NCBI GenBank assembly: GCA_020137815.1
Contig: CM035352.1
Location: 4,402,001 to 4,466,000, forward strand
Length of the DNA stretch: 64,000 nucleotides
Direction of reading: 5' to 3'
Origin: Hormiphora californensis
Taxonomy: Eukaryota; Animalia; Ctenophora
Part shown: piece by piece, positions 35,874-49,168 of the stretch
How the letters are laid out: each line of letters begins with the position of its first letter
Numbering within the stretch: the first letter of the stretch is position 1
The notes under the pieces: model-generated
The model's input: the letters and a program-made list of their open reading frames with translations, nothing else
The model's database searches: none
Told to the model about the DNA's origin: nothing
Program-made: the position numbers and the translations under genes

Positions 35874-36534
35874 TTATCAATAGATTTTGGGTTTAGAACA
35901 TAACATAATTATCATCTACAGCACACTTCTCTGTAAATAATAATCTCACTTTTTACTGCGGGTTCAGTTTTTACTCTATTTGATGGTTCACTATATTTGT
36001 TTCAACTTCTGTTAATATTCGAATTCACTTCTGTTTTGTTTCAAGTTTTTTTTGTTCTCTGATGTTTCTGTAAATTGTGCTTGGTATTTTATTTAAATAG
36101 GGTTTAGTTATACAATTGCGTTTACCTTTGGGTTCCTAATATTTGTCCTCGATCCCTAAACCCCTTCAATATCTCAACTCTTGGTTGCCCTTTCTCTCAA
36201 TTTCCCTTGGACCATTATTCTCCCAATTTATTCTTCTCTATACACCGCTAACATCATCCCCTCTATGATCTATCTACTGAAGATTCTACTCCTGACTATA
36301 GTCTCCTATCTATACCCTAACCCCGTCCCTTCTATGTTATAGCGGGTTGAATTATCCTCTCTTTACCCCTCTAACCCCTTCCCTCTCTCTCTCTCTCTAT
36401 ACCGCATAATACCCCTTCCCCCTTCCCTTCTATGTTATAGCGGGTTGAATTATCCTCTCTTTACCCCTCTAACCCCTTCCCTCTCTCTCTATACCGCATA
36501 ATACCCCCTTCCCTTCTATGTTATAGCGGGTGGT

Positions 36535-38641
36535 ATGGCGGTGGTGGATAGTGTTGAACTATTGGAGAGACACATCAAGAACATCTTCATTACACATGAC
36601 AATACCCTCATCTCAGAAATGGTAATAACACCAACCCTGCCCCTCCCCTCCACAACAACACCAACCCTGTCCCTCCCCTCCCCATCACCAACCATGCCCC
36701 TCCCCATCACCAACCCTATCCCCCATTACACCCTTCCCAACAACACCAACCCTGTCCCTCCCCTTCCCGACAACACCTTCCCTGTCCCTCCCCTTCCCGA
36801 CGACAACAACACCACCCCATTACACCCCGAATTCCCCGATCCCCCAACCCAACACCCCCGTCCCTCATTAAACCCCAATTAGGTATCCCAATTCCCAAAC
36901 CTACTTGTGTTACCATCCCTTCTGCCTCCTAAAACTACCTTACTATCGTTTGTTAAGCAGCTCATATTTATTTGTTTGTTTCATCACTGTTTATCGTCCT
37001 GTAGGTGTTAGACACTGAAGCTGAGGAAAGTTTAACTACTAGACGATGGACGAGAAGTATCAGTTCCCTACGTTCCAGTGACAGGCACATGAATTCGAGC
37101 AACTACCAGGGGAGTTACGATATGATCGTAGCTAGCGAGGATAATAGGAAAAACGTAAGTTGGTTGAGCCAACTTTCCCTAACATATCATTATATTTCCC
37201 TAACATTTCTTATTTCCCCTGGTATTTAACCTAACACTTCCCCAATATTTACCCTAACATTTCTTTAACATTTCAGAGAAAGATAGCCCGGGCACCCTCT
37301 GCAACTACCCAAACCCAAGTTGTCTCTCTGGACAGCACTAAAGTAGCAACGCTGACCCCTCTGACCTCTTCTCGCCCCTTCCTTACAATAACACCCCCTC
37401 GACAAAGGGCCGGACAAGCTCTTTCTCGGCTCTCATGGCCAAAACTAGCCACGTTAGGAACCCTTTTGTGCATTATGGACAATATGACGGCTCCCACAAA
37501 TCTCCAAACGGGATCCGATTGAGGATACATCTCACATTTGCGGTGGAGCGGGATCGGACAATTGATGTGCGGGTTGTTTCCAATGCTACTGTTGAACAAG
37601 CGATAGGGCTCATACTATTTCAATATTGTATTGAGGGCCGGGAACCTGCTCTCTGTAAAACTGAGTCTATCGATGATTACTGTCTGAGGACACCACCCGG
37701 GCGATGATGGAGACGACTCTGATGACGATTATATGACATTGGCACCCCTAACCCCCCGGGACGATCTCAAGAAGTACTGGAGTTACCATTTTGGACACAG
37801 TTCCCTTCAGCTGGATTTGTATCGAGAGAAAAAGGATGAGAGGATAATAGTTATGATAACATTTGATGATAAAACACATACCCGGTTTCATTTTAAGAAC
37901 AGTAAAGTCCCAATGAGAGATGTGTTCACTATGGCAGTTAAAAAGCGGGTTCAGTACCGAGTCATGGCATCGCTCGGTGAGGGTCAGCTATCGGAGCTAA
38001 ACACGGCCAGAGAGGAGAAACTGGTGGCCAAATCGAGTAAATGTTATGTATTGGAAAAGTTGGATAAACCAGGGGCCGGGGTAAACCTTGACGCGTCCTT
38101 GGAAGACATGGGTACACTAGATTTCAGGTTGATAAGATTCCACTCCAAACGGACAAGTCAGGTTGAAATGCATGCTGATAGTGTTGTGGGGTATAGTAGG
38201 TTTGAGTCGTTATCATATGAGGTGTTTAACGTTGAAACAAGGAATATGAAGAAGAGGATTGACGTGCAGCTGGGGATATCAGGAGAGAAGATAGAGATAG
38301 ATCCCCTCACCAAGTCGCACCATCTTATGGTACCCTTCAAGGTCCGGGCAGAAACAATTCCATGTGACCACCTGATTCGGTGTTGTAAATTGAGTACCAC
38401 CGAAGCGACGGAGCGGCTTAAACTCAAAATCGAGTATCTGACGGAAAATTTGGAGCTCAAAGAGTATATTTTTAGTACGGCCACAGCGGATGAGGGAGGG
38501 CAAATTAACCGAAAGATAACATTTATCATGAATCAGATATCGAGCAAGATCCGGCAGAACTATCTTCTTAATCAAAAGAAGGTCAGCACTAGTTCGAAGT
38601 TGTCCTCCTTTTTACCCTCTTTTGGCAGTTCGCCAAGGTAG
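36535..38641 (+). CDS. MAPKAP1: TORC2 subunit SIN1 (exons 36535-36621, 37005-37154, 37277-38641; two apparent frameshifts in exon 3)
   Basis: N-terminus MAVVD...HIKNIFITHDNTLISEM; NPFVHYGQYDG; CRIM-like ATVEQAIGLILFQYCIEGREP; PH-domain VQLGISGEKIEIDP. Confidence 0.8.
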
Positions 38642-41254
38642 TCGTGAGTGTCAGGTGTATGTGAGTGTGTGTGTGTGTTGATTTGTTTGTTTTGATTATA
38701 TGTAAATTCTTTTTCATCTGACCTTTAACTGTAAAGATCTGCTTTGATTAACTTATTGATTAATCGACAGGGACAGTTAGTACAATCTGTAGAATTGTGT
38801 GTGTGAACATGTGTGTGAGTGCTTGAGTGATTGTTTTCCCGTTTTTGATATTGATGTTTATTTTTTGTTACGGTTTACCTTTCACTTTTGCCCAAACATC
38901 AAAACTTCCGCTTTTTGGTTTGTCCAAGTTTTATTGGGTGGTGTACCAAAAAGAGAAGAAGAGTAAAAGCATAGCTATCGGCAGCAGAAAGAGAGAGGGA
39001 GTGAGAGAGAGGGAGAGAGAGAGATAGAAAAGATAGTCTGTTACTTGATATGATTACAGAGACTTCATACACAGTACACACACACAAAACTATTGGTGGT
39101 CTGTTAGTAATCTCCCTATAGTAATTGGCTCTGAGAGTTATAGGAATGTATGGGGAGGGATATTATATGCCATAACTTATCTATAGGTCCCGGGACACAA
39201 GGCTTATTACACAACCACAATTATAACCCGCACATCGTCCCTTTACTGCAGGGGTCTAAACTTGGGATCCTTAGACTGTGGGGCGCGCGGCGCGTTTGTT
39301 GCTATGAAAGCACATCACTCAGTCAGCTGTTGTGCGCGGCGTTTGCAAGTGTAGATCCTGATATATTGTATCGCTTGTCAGAACACGCTGTCATATTATG
39401 TGACAGCACTGACAACTGACAAGCACTAAGCAGGGAGCGGTACAGGACTGTCCTACCCCAGATAGTAGTTAGTCAACTGCCACCTTTCTTTAGTTTGCAC
39501 TCTGGTAAGAAATGTTGCCTGTCCTGCTCAGTGAGCAGGTTCGAATTAGTGATGTCATACCCCGTCCCGTTTTCATAATTTATCCTTGGATGAACCACTG
39601 TCCGCTAACAGCTATACTCTGACTCTTAAGGACCAAGGCTGATGAGCGTCCGTGTGTTACCTGTCTGGCGTCGCCAGGCCCCGTTTTGATTCTCAAAACG
39701 ACAGTGCGCTCAGAGTCGGGTAGCCGCCAGACTAGATCAGTGTGGTGCAAAATGCCAAACGAACGGGTTTTAAAATAAGAATTTGCAATCTAACGGATCG
39801 TATAAAAATGTGGCTTGAAAGTCAAAAGTGCAGTGTTCATTCACCGAGTTCCTCAGATGGTCCCTGTATTAGGGTTCAACCCTAACGAGAAGGGCTGCCT
39901 CTTATAGCACAGCGCTGATTAACAATAACATCCGATACATAACACAAGCTTCAATTATTTAGTGGCACCTAAATTGTGTCCATAATATTGTAATCTGCAA
40001 TCGTTTAATAGTCACACCCAAATTGTGGTATCCTACATAATATAGTTCCGTATATCTTCATGGAAATTGTGGGCTAGGTTCCACCACAGATCGTCTACTG
40101 TCAAAGTTAGCGCTCCACGGTAGATAAGAACTGGGATCGTGTTCGGTACCGTCCCCAACTGCCTGAGAACAGGTCCATAGCGACTGTGGTACCAATCGTG
40201 GGGGCTTCCGTCGGTTCTTCCTGAGGGCGACCGTGTTAGTTAATTATTATAGGGGAGTTGGGAGGGGTGATAATAGGGTCAAGCCTCAATGCTCTGACAG
40301 AGGGAATGGGAGGGTCGGTTGTCAAATCTAAAGAATGAACCCGCTGTTACCAGGGACATGCAGAACTTGCAGAAAAGTGGCTAAAACAGATAATTAAAAC
40401 AATATGTCGATCTTTGTAACTTTTAGACGACAAGTGAGAACAAGAAGTGAGCCACATAACTCAGCAGATCTACTGACTGGAAACCTCACCTTTACTCTGG
40501 GATGTACAAGTGAGGATGGTGAGGTATATGTTGAGGTTACGGGGAGGTACGGCTGTAGTGCTGCACTGTACGTATTGTAGGACGCTGAGGAGAGAAGGGA
40601 TTAGATTCTTTGTACTAACTGAGATTACTACCGGCCAACCTGACATGATGCGGGAACACTGATATGTGTCCCTTGATTAATTCCTGATATACACATGTGA
40701 TCTGGAATATACTGCAGCTGCACGGGGTTGAAGTAAAGTCCCATTTTGTAATTGGGCAAATTACCCTGGTTCATACAGAGGTGTTACTCATCTCGAGTAG
40801 AGAACCTGCCGGAGATAATTCGACTTGGATCAAGGTGGAGCTTCTAGTTCATCAACATTCCTGCCTCTAAATGCAATGATACTTCTATTCCTGAAGAGGA
40901 GCTACAACAGTTTCAGTTCTACTTTCTACCTGGTGACAATATCTTATCATGCGAGACAGGAACCAGGAGGAGCGAGTGATTACCAGGAGGAATGAATGAG
41001 TTATTAAAAAGGCATTAAACAGAGCGCTAGAGGATAATTACTGAGTAGACGGGGGAGGATAATTACTGAGTAGACGGGGGAAAGAAGATGAAAGGGGGAC
41101 ACTTCAGAGTTGTAATCTACGTTAGAGACTTTGCTTGTATAACATTATTAACTAATTCTACCTCGTATATCCTTTGTTTAAGTACCGCGTATACCCACAT
41201 TTGCTATACAATTATCATCCTTATCGGAATCAATGACACTCACATCCGAAGTGG

Positions 41255-43590
41255 ATACTCAGACTCCCGCTGAGGCCGGCAACCCAATGTTATCCCTATT
41301 GGGAGACCTGGCAGAACAAACGCCGGGTTGTGCAATGGTCCTATTTCCCCTGTCAGACCATTTCCCCATGTTCTGCGAATCTAGGAACAGGCCAATTCTC
41401 TGACAAAACTTCCCAGTTTCCTACCACTATTCCACTAATATCCCAGTCCTATTATAATACTCACAAGTCCAGTAGGATTCTGTGTGAGGTGTAAAGGGGG
41501 ACGTCCACACATCGGAGTAGTTGGGGGCTACAGCAGCTGCAGTTGGTGCTGTTTCGCCCTGAAACCCGTGTAACCCGCCTGTCGTGCTGCTCACTCTACC
41601 AGCTGAGGGAGAGAGGGAGATATGGGGTTAGAGAGGGTGGGGTTAGAGATATGGGGAGGTATGCAGGGTTAGAGAGGGAGAACGTGGTGTTAGAGAGGGG
41701 CGGGGAGATATGCAAGGGTTGTTGGCAATGGTACTGATAAATCTGGATGTGATTTATTGAATTGATATATAGGGTCACGAGAGCCTAAATCGCAAAAATC
41801 CATTATATCTGTCCAAATCCCGCCATTATAATGATTATGATAGCACCCCACGACCATCAATGGCAGCTGTGGTGTTTTTTTAGAATACATTTTCGCGGGT
41901 AGGTGCGAACTATGCGACCCGCGATCATAAACACACTAGCTGGTTCCGCCCCGTCGGTTTTCAAAAAGAATGGGGGGAGAGAAGAAGCGGAGAGGGAAGA
42001 AAGGAGAAAAGGGGAAGGAGAGAGAAGAGAGAGAAGAGAGAGAGAAAAAGAAAGGGAGAAGAAAAGGGGAGGAGAGAGGAAAAGAGAGAGAGGAGAGGAG
42101 AAGGGAAAGTAAAAAGAAAAGGGGGAAGGCGGAGGAGGGAGAAAGGGGAAAAGAGAGGAGAGAAGTAGGACTGAAAAAAAAGAGGGGAGGGGGAAAAAGG
42201 AGGAAGGAAACTGGTTTTGGTTTGTTTCAATTTGGAAGAAAATTTTTGGGGGAAACTAACCAAAAATTTTTTAAAATTTGCGGGATGCAGGGAGAAAAAA
42301 AGGGGCTTACCCCAGACCCCCGCTTTAAAGTCGGTCTTCCAAAAAAGGGTTTTTATTTCCCCCAAAACTTTCCCCCTTTTCGTAAGAATTTTTCCTCCCC
42401 AAAAAAGGGAAAAGGGATTGGGGGAAAGGAGAAGGGAGGAGGAAAAAAAAGGAAAGGGGGGGAAAAGGGACAAAAGGAAAGGAGAAGAAGGGGGGGAAAG
42501 GAAAAGGGAAAGTTTTTTGGGGGGTTTTGGGGGAAAAAAAAGGGGGAAAGGGGAGGGAGGGAAAAAAGGGAAAGAGAAAAAAAAGGGAAAATTGGGGGTT
42601 TTTTTTGGGGGGGGGAAAGTTTTTAAAAAAAAAAAAAAAGGAGAAAAATAAAAAAAAATGAGAGGGGGTTTAAAGTCTACCGGGCATGGGGACAGAGAAA
42701 GAGGAATTTCGTTGAAAATTCTATGCGTACCCCCTTTCCCCACTTTTTAAGTTTTACAGTTCATGATTATAGAATAAATGACCCTACTCTCCTAACCCCT
42801 CGGCATTGGGGTGAGTTGTTGAAGTGGGTAAAAGCAGCAGCTCCAGAAACTGGAAAACAGAAAAGTAATAATTGGGTCTTGGGAGACCTACCTTTCTTTT
42901 GCATCGAGGAACCTTGCGAAGGGGGTTAATTTGATTTTGGGGCCGTAATCTCTTCATTTTGGTAGCGTCACGGCTTGAAACGGGTCTCCGCAAAGAAGTG
43001 AAGCCCTCTTGGGCACTGGGGGACCACCCGATATGTGAACCTTGGGTTTGTACTTGTCGTGAGTTAGCATTATCTGAGGGGTAGTGGGGTTTTTTAAAAA
43101 TTTCCCCCCTTTTCCCTCTTTCCCCAATTTGGGCCCGTCTGGCAGCGCCTCCCCCCCGTTTTGATCCGACGGCGCTCGATCTGGGACGCCGCCCAAAGAT
43201 TTTTTGGGGGACCCCGCCCCCCCCCTCCCCCTTAGGTCGTTTGGGGATAGGCCTTTTTGGGTTAAAGGGCCCTTAAAGTCTAGTGTCATGGGTGGCATTA
43301 TATTCTCGGGGGGATAATTAGAATAACAATGAGATGTATTATGGGATAGAATGTAATTAGTGGGGTATCATGATTCACCATGGGTAAAAGTGTTAGAAAG
43401 TGACAAAGGGGACCGTTTAAAGTGTGGTTTGGTGCAAGAGTGTCAATTAGTTGACGAAAGCTTTTAAAAAGGATTCCACCAATTATGTAGGACTGCAGTG
43501 CCAGCAGAGGGGGCCGTATATAATTAGTTTAAAACAGGATCGTCATTGTTTCTGCACTTAGTCCTTCTGGCCCCTCTCTCCCTCCCAGTC

Positions 43591-43661
<71 letters not shown>

Positions 43662-46600
43662 CTCTTTTTGAGCTAGGTGTATGCACTTAGCGCCTCTTTC
43701 TCGCCCAAGCAAAAGAGCTATCTGGGTGTATAGTGGTCCTTTTATCCCAATCATACTGTTATGACTGCCTGAAGAAAAGGGGAGAGAGGGGGGGGGGATC
43801 CCCCATTTTTGGTGGGGGTTGCAGATTATATTTGATATTTCCCGATTTAGCCCGTTTTTAAAGAAAGGTTTGGGGTTTCGGATTCATTTGTACTGAGTTG
43901 GTAGGCGACGGAATGATTTTATCCTACCTTCTCCATCTTTTTCCCTTTTTTTAAATGTGACAAGTTTTGACCCTCTCTCTCGACTTTTAGGGGATTGTTT
44001 GCGAGGAAAGGGAGGCAAAAAAAAAGGACGACACAGAGGGTACATGGGCTACACTGTTGCTTTCCATTGTTCCCCTCCCCCACTGTTCTTTTTTGGGGAC
44101 CTTTGCTATGTTTTTCCACTCACTCTCCTCCCCTCTCTCTCTCACCTCTCTCTCTCTCCTTCTCCTCTCTCTCTTTTTCCCTCTCTCTCTCTTTTCTCTT
44201 CTTTCTCTCTCTCTACTCTCCATTTTTGTCCCCCATCCAAAAAAGCACCCCCAAAATGACCCCCCGGTTTGGGTCGCTGACTCCATTTGTATCACTTACC
44301 CCGATACATCACGTCAATGGGGATGGAAAGGGAGAGGGAATGAATAGATAAGTGAAGAGGGAAAGAGAATGGTCTCAGAGCGCCACTTCGCACTGTGCGA
44401 AGACTCAACCAAACCCCCGGGGCCCGGGCACAAAATGTACCTATCCTCTCCTTTGCGGGGAGAGAGAGGAAAAGGGAGGGGAAAAAGGGGGAAAAGTGGG
44501 GAAGGAGAGAGAGAGAGAGAGAAGAAGAGGGGGAGGAGGAAAAGAGGGAGAGAGAGAGGAGGAAAAAAATAAACTGGAACACAAACCCTATGAATGGGGT
44601 GGGGGCACTCATTTTTCATAATTTTATTGATCGTTTATGAACACATTTTTCACAATCCAAAATCTGTAAGGAAGAGTGAAGAGAGGGGAATGGGGACCCC
44701 CCTTTAAAAAGACGGGAAAAAACAAACAGGGGGACAGCACCACCCAAAATGGACCTGTATACGTGTTTTGGTGCACCGTACAGCCACAAAAGTATGTTTG
44801 GGAAGGGCTAATTTATCGGTTTTCATGATCCGAGTATGCCGATCAGTACCAATATAGGGAAACAATAGGGTTGATTTGAGGTTGATTTGAAAATGAGAAA
44901 GTCAGATGGCACCCCCGTAAATCACGTGTTAACTGCTAGCACCCCCTGGCAGACTAAGATAGAGAGCGAGAGAAGATAGATATAGAGAGCGAGAGAGTGA
45001 GAGAGTGAGAGAAAGAGAAGAAAGCAAACCATAAATATTAAATAAAAGACAAAAAGAAACCAAAAGATACACTTTAAAATGATGAGATTGAGATCGTGAG
45101 ATGGGGTTTGAAATCCACTTTATCCCCCCTCCCCCGTTCAGACCCGATTTATTATGATGCACCCCGTGAGGGTGAAAGAAAGGAATGAAACCCCACAACT
45201 AATACCATAATGACATTCCAATAGTACCCAAACCAAGATTAATTAACTACCTAATTAATTAAGTATTAACTATCAAACACTTCAACCTGTCCTCCTCCGT
45301 TTGTTGTTGTTCGTTTGACTGGAGAAGCTAACATCGGTCATCCAATGTGCACCAAAGTTCGGGGAATCAGGTGGACGTAGACACAGCCGGGGGCTGGGGG
45401 TTCTGGCTTACCTAACCGCCCGGTACCCATTCTCCATTCACATATCTGGAGGAGAGAGAAGGGGGATGTAAGCATGAGGGCGACATTTTATGTCTGATAG
45501 CTAGCGGCTAAGATAATCACGAAGAGTACCGGATAAAAAACTACTCCAAACTACTTCAAACTAAGACTTATCCAATTGGAGTAGTTTGTAACAAAAACTG
45601 ACCGGATTTTGGTTCCAATTCCGGTTCTGATCCCGGGTCTGGGTGATACCAGGAACCGACTAACAAGTAAACAACCGATCAGAACTCTTTATTTCGGTCA
45701 CGCTGACCTGGTTTATCAGCCAATCAGGGACCAGTATTTCCTGATCCCGGGTTGTTACTTACTTCCATCTGTGATTGTCAATTGGGGTGAATCCCAGGCA
45801 CAACGAGTACATTCCATGTGGATCCAAACCACTTAGGTTCACCTTCAACACTGGAAACATCCTCCTGTGAAGAGAGAGGGAGACCTTTATAGAGAGTTAG
45901 GGGCGAGAAGAGAACGCTAGAGAGATAGAGTGAGAGAGCGATCGCTAGAGAGAGAGAGAGAGATAGAGATAATAGGCAGAATATAATATATATAGCAGAG
46001 AGAGATAGAGAGAGAGAGAGATAGGGAGAGAGAAGAGAAGGGAGAACATTTATAGAGATTGTAAGGAATAAGCCGTGTGTGAAACGATCCAATATACCTA
46101 TAACAAGCTCCTGCCCCCCTCCCCATTTTGCACCTTTTCAAATATTATATAACACGTGGGCACCCGGGTATTTGCTGATAATTCATATGAAATTTCCAAG
46201 TAGGTACTTAAATTGAGGACCTTCCCTCCCTTATTTAAGCTCCCTTCCCTCTCTTATATTGATTGGGGGACGAATGATCTACGTAGCAATTTGGGAGAGG
46301 TCATCAGATCACTGATTTAAAGTTTTTGAACACGATTATGTCCATCTGGTGGTATCACCCTAGGGTTTGGCAAAACAAACCACCAAGACCCCCCGCCNNN
46401 NNNNNNNNNNNNNNNNNNNNNNNNNNNNNNNNNNNNNNNNNNNNNNNNNNNNNNNNNNNNNNNNNNNNNNNNNNNNNNNNNNNNNNNNNNNNNNNNNAAC
46501 AGAGGGTACAGGATGAAAAAGAAAAAACCCGTACAAATGGTTGGGATAAACCCCGTAGAACGAGATGTGAAATTTCGAGCACTCACGGTATAACACATCT

Positions 46601-47524
46601 CTCGCACATGGTATATAAAACACACACTAGGATCACCGCCCGGTGTTTTTCAATGTATCTAGTTCGATCCGTGTGTCCTTGTCTGTTTCTGATGCTCTGT
46701 AATTCTCTCGTGATTTGAAGGAAAGGGTTTTACAGTGACTCCGCCAGTAGAGCAAAACCCCTGTGCCGCTGAACCCGTCACCCAATTACTCTATCCAGCT
46801 CTGTTCTCTCATGAAAGACAGGGTTTAGTGACTTCGCTACCCTTCAACACACTGATACAGCTCCATTCCAAATCAGACAATTCGCCTTCATTGGAGGTTA
46901 ATGACACGATCATAACAGCAGGAACCGACCGGACCAAGTAAACAACCAATCAGAGCTCGTTATTTAGGTCACGTGACTGGTTATCAGCCAATCAGGGACC
47001 AGTATTTCCTGATTCGGTCGGTTCCTGCATAACAGGAATAGTAATTCTGTTCAAAGTAGAGACACACTTCAAATGATCATCGGCTCACTCTCTACAATAT
47101 TATATGGACCCTAACAAATATAAACAACCAGCAGATAACCACCCAACATATTTCAAACCTCAGCTAAACAACCAACCCGGACCCCATATTCTTACCTCCC
47201 ATTCTTGGTGACTACTGACTAAACAACCAACCCGGACCCCAATATTCTTACCTCCATTCTTGGTAACGATCATCTCATTGGTCAGTCGATTGAACCGAAC
47301 CCACAGCTCCTTCTCATCTAACTCAGCATGGGGCTGGTCAGGTTTCTGTTCCAGTAGGATACTGTGGGCAGTAGTGGGATCCCCGCTGTTGTCATATCAG
47401 CTGCTGTGGCATTGTATTGTGGCTCTTCCATCCCAGAGGCGAGGAGAGAGTTTACAGAGAAGGATGCTGCTGCTGCGGCGGGTTGTTTCAGGAACTGTGA
47501 ACAAAACGAATTGGCAGTACTCAT
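41255..47524 (-). CDS. T: Brachyury T-box transcription factor (exons ~47252-47524, 45763-45864, 45287-45445, 42892-43073, probable 3' exons at ~41255-41600), many indels
   Basis: [20 protein letters not shown] / [34 protein letters not shown] / [14 protein letters not shown]...[10 protein letters not shown] / IML..KY.P.VHI...YQNEEIT...NPFA...DAKE are Brachyury signatures; 3' end uncertain. Confidence 0.88.
45650..45750. mobile_element. Degenerate copy of the hAT-like MITE at 46919-47027
   Basis: caggaaccgac...aagtaaacaacc.atcaga...atcagccaatcagggaccagtatttcctgat shared with 46919-47027. Confidence 0.75.
46398..46497. other. Assembly gap (100 N)
   Basis: Run of N, inside Brachyury intron 1. 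Confidence 1.
46919..47027. mobile_element. 109 bp hAT-like MITE with 8 bp TSD
   Basis: TIR caggaaccgacc...ggtcggttcctg flanked by cataacag on both sides. Confidence 0.85.
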
Positions 47525-48739
47525 TAGAAGAACTGTATATATTTAACCGGAACGCTGGGAAACAAGTATAACACAGGTGATCAGTGCTCGAAAACAGCGG
47601 CTGTAGTGGGCGAGGAGGGGGTTAGAGTGCTCGATCTGAGAGTGCTCTGTGATTGGCTGGACGTCAGTGCGTTACAAAGTAGTGGGATCACGTGACAGCG
47701 CGCTCTCCTCCAATCGCGTGCTCTCTCCTTACCACCTGTGTGTGTGTTGCTCCTGAAAGAGAGAGAAGGGGAGTTGAGAGGGGGGAGGATCATATACTAG
47801 CGGAGAGCTGAGCTTAGACGGGATATAGAGGGGTGAAAAATATAATTATCATGGTGATCAGTGCTTGTCTATAATTATCATACTGCATTACCATTAAGTT
47901 GTTATCATCAGTGAACTGGACTATGTGTGGAGAGAGAGAGAGAGGGGTGACTATATATGGTGTGGCCAAAGTAGCGATAGGGTGCTAAAATCCAGGCACC
48001 CTATAAACCCATTATCACCTCGAATTATGTTACCCACACCGAACTGGTAGTACTGGATTTTGAGCACACGATCAATTCGATTCACATCATGCGATTCTCA
48101 TTATTGTATTAGAAAAAGGGTGAGCGGGGGTATCACTTTCTCATTTCTCAGTTCGGTGCGAAGTGTGTGAGTTGTGACAGATGGGCATAAAGTGAGACTG
48201 AGAGAGATAGATAGAGAGGTATTAATCCATTTAGAACCCCTTCTAGCTACACGTTAGTCGAAGGACTGCTACCCTTACTCAAAGCTGAGCTGGCCATTCC
48301 ATTTCGTTCTGTTTGTATATTTTGCAGTTTACTATCTCCGCCAGTCTTCGTCTGGACTCTGGCACCGCGGATCCAATCTGATGCCGCCAGACAGACCAGT
48401 CTTCAATAACCATCAATGATCGGCAAATACTTTTGTATTACAAACTAGTTTTACGGACAAATCGGTTTGGAACATCAACACGCACTGTGTGGTTACTTGA
48501 CTCCAGTACATCTCTTCTTTTAATGTAATATCTCATTGCCCGCCTGGTGAAGATCATCCATCAGAGCGTTGGCCTGACAGAAGAATGAAGATCATGGAAT
48601 TTCAGATGGGTAAGGAGCTCGGAAATGAAGCAATTCTTGAGGACGACTAATCTTTGCGCCTCGTTTGATTTCAACAACTATGCTGAATTTACAAATCATC
48701 GCCCTGAGTTCATTTCTCTCAAGAACACTCTATAATCTC

Positions 48740-48816
<77 letters not shown>

Positions 48817-49042
48817 CTCTTTTTCTCTCTCTTTCTACCACTCCAGTAGGTCAGGCCACTCAGTTCAGGGCTCGCTGCCCTGCTCCGAGCCCAGCTCTCC
48901 ATCTGCTGCAGGACCGAACGTTGTTGAGCTAATATATGAAGAATAAAATATATCCTGACACTCTGGTACAAGTATTTAAACGTGCGACATTCGCTCCGTT
49001 GTGTCAAATGCGCTCAGCAGGGCAGGACGAGGTTAGAGCGAG

Positions 49043-49098
<56 letters not shown>

Positions 49099-49121
49099 AG
49101 AGAGAGAGAGAGAGAGAGAGT

Positions 49122-49168
<47 letters not shown>

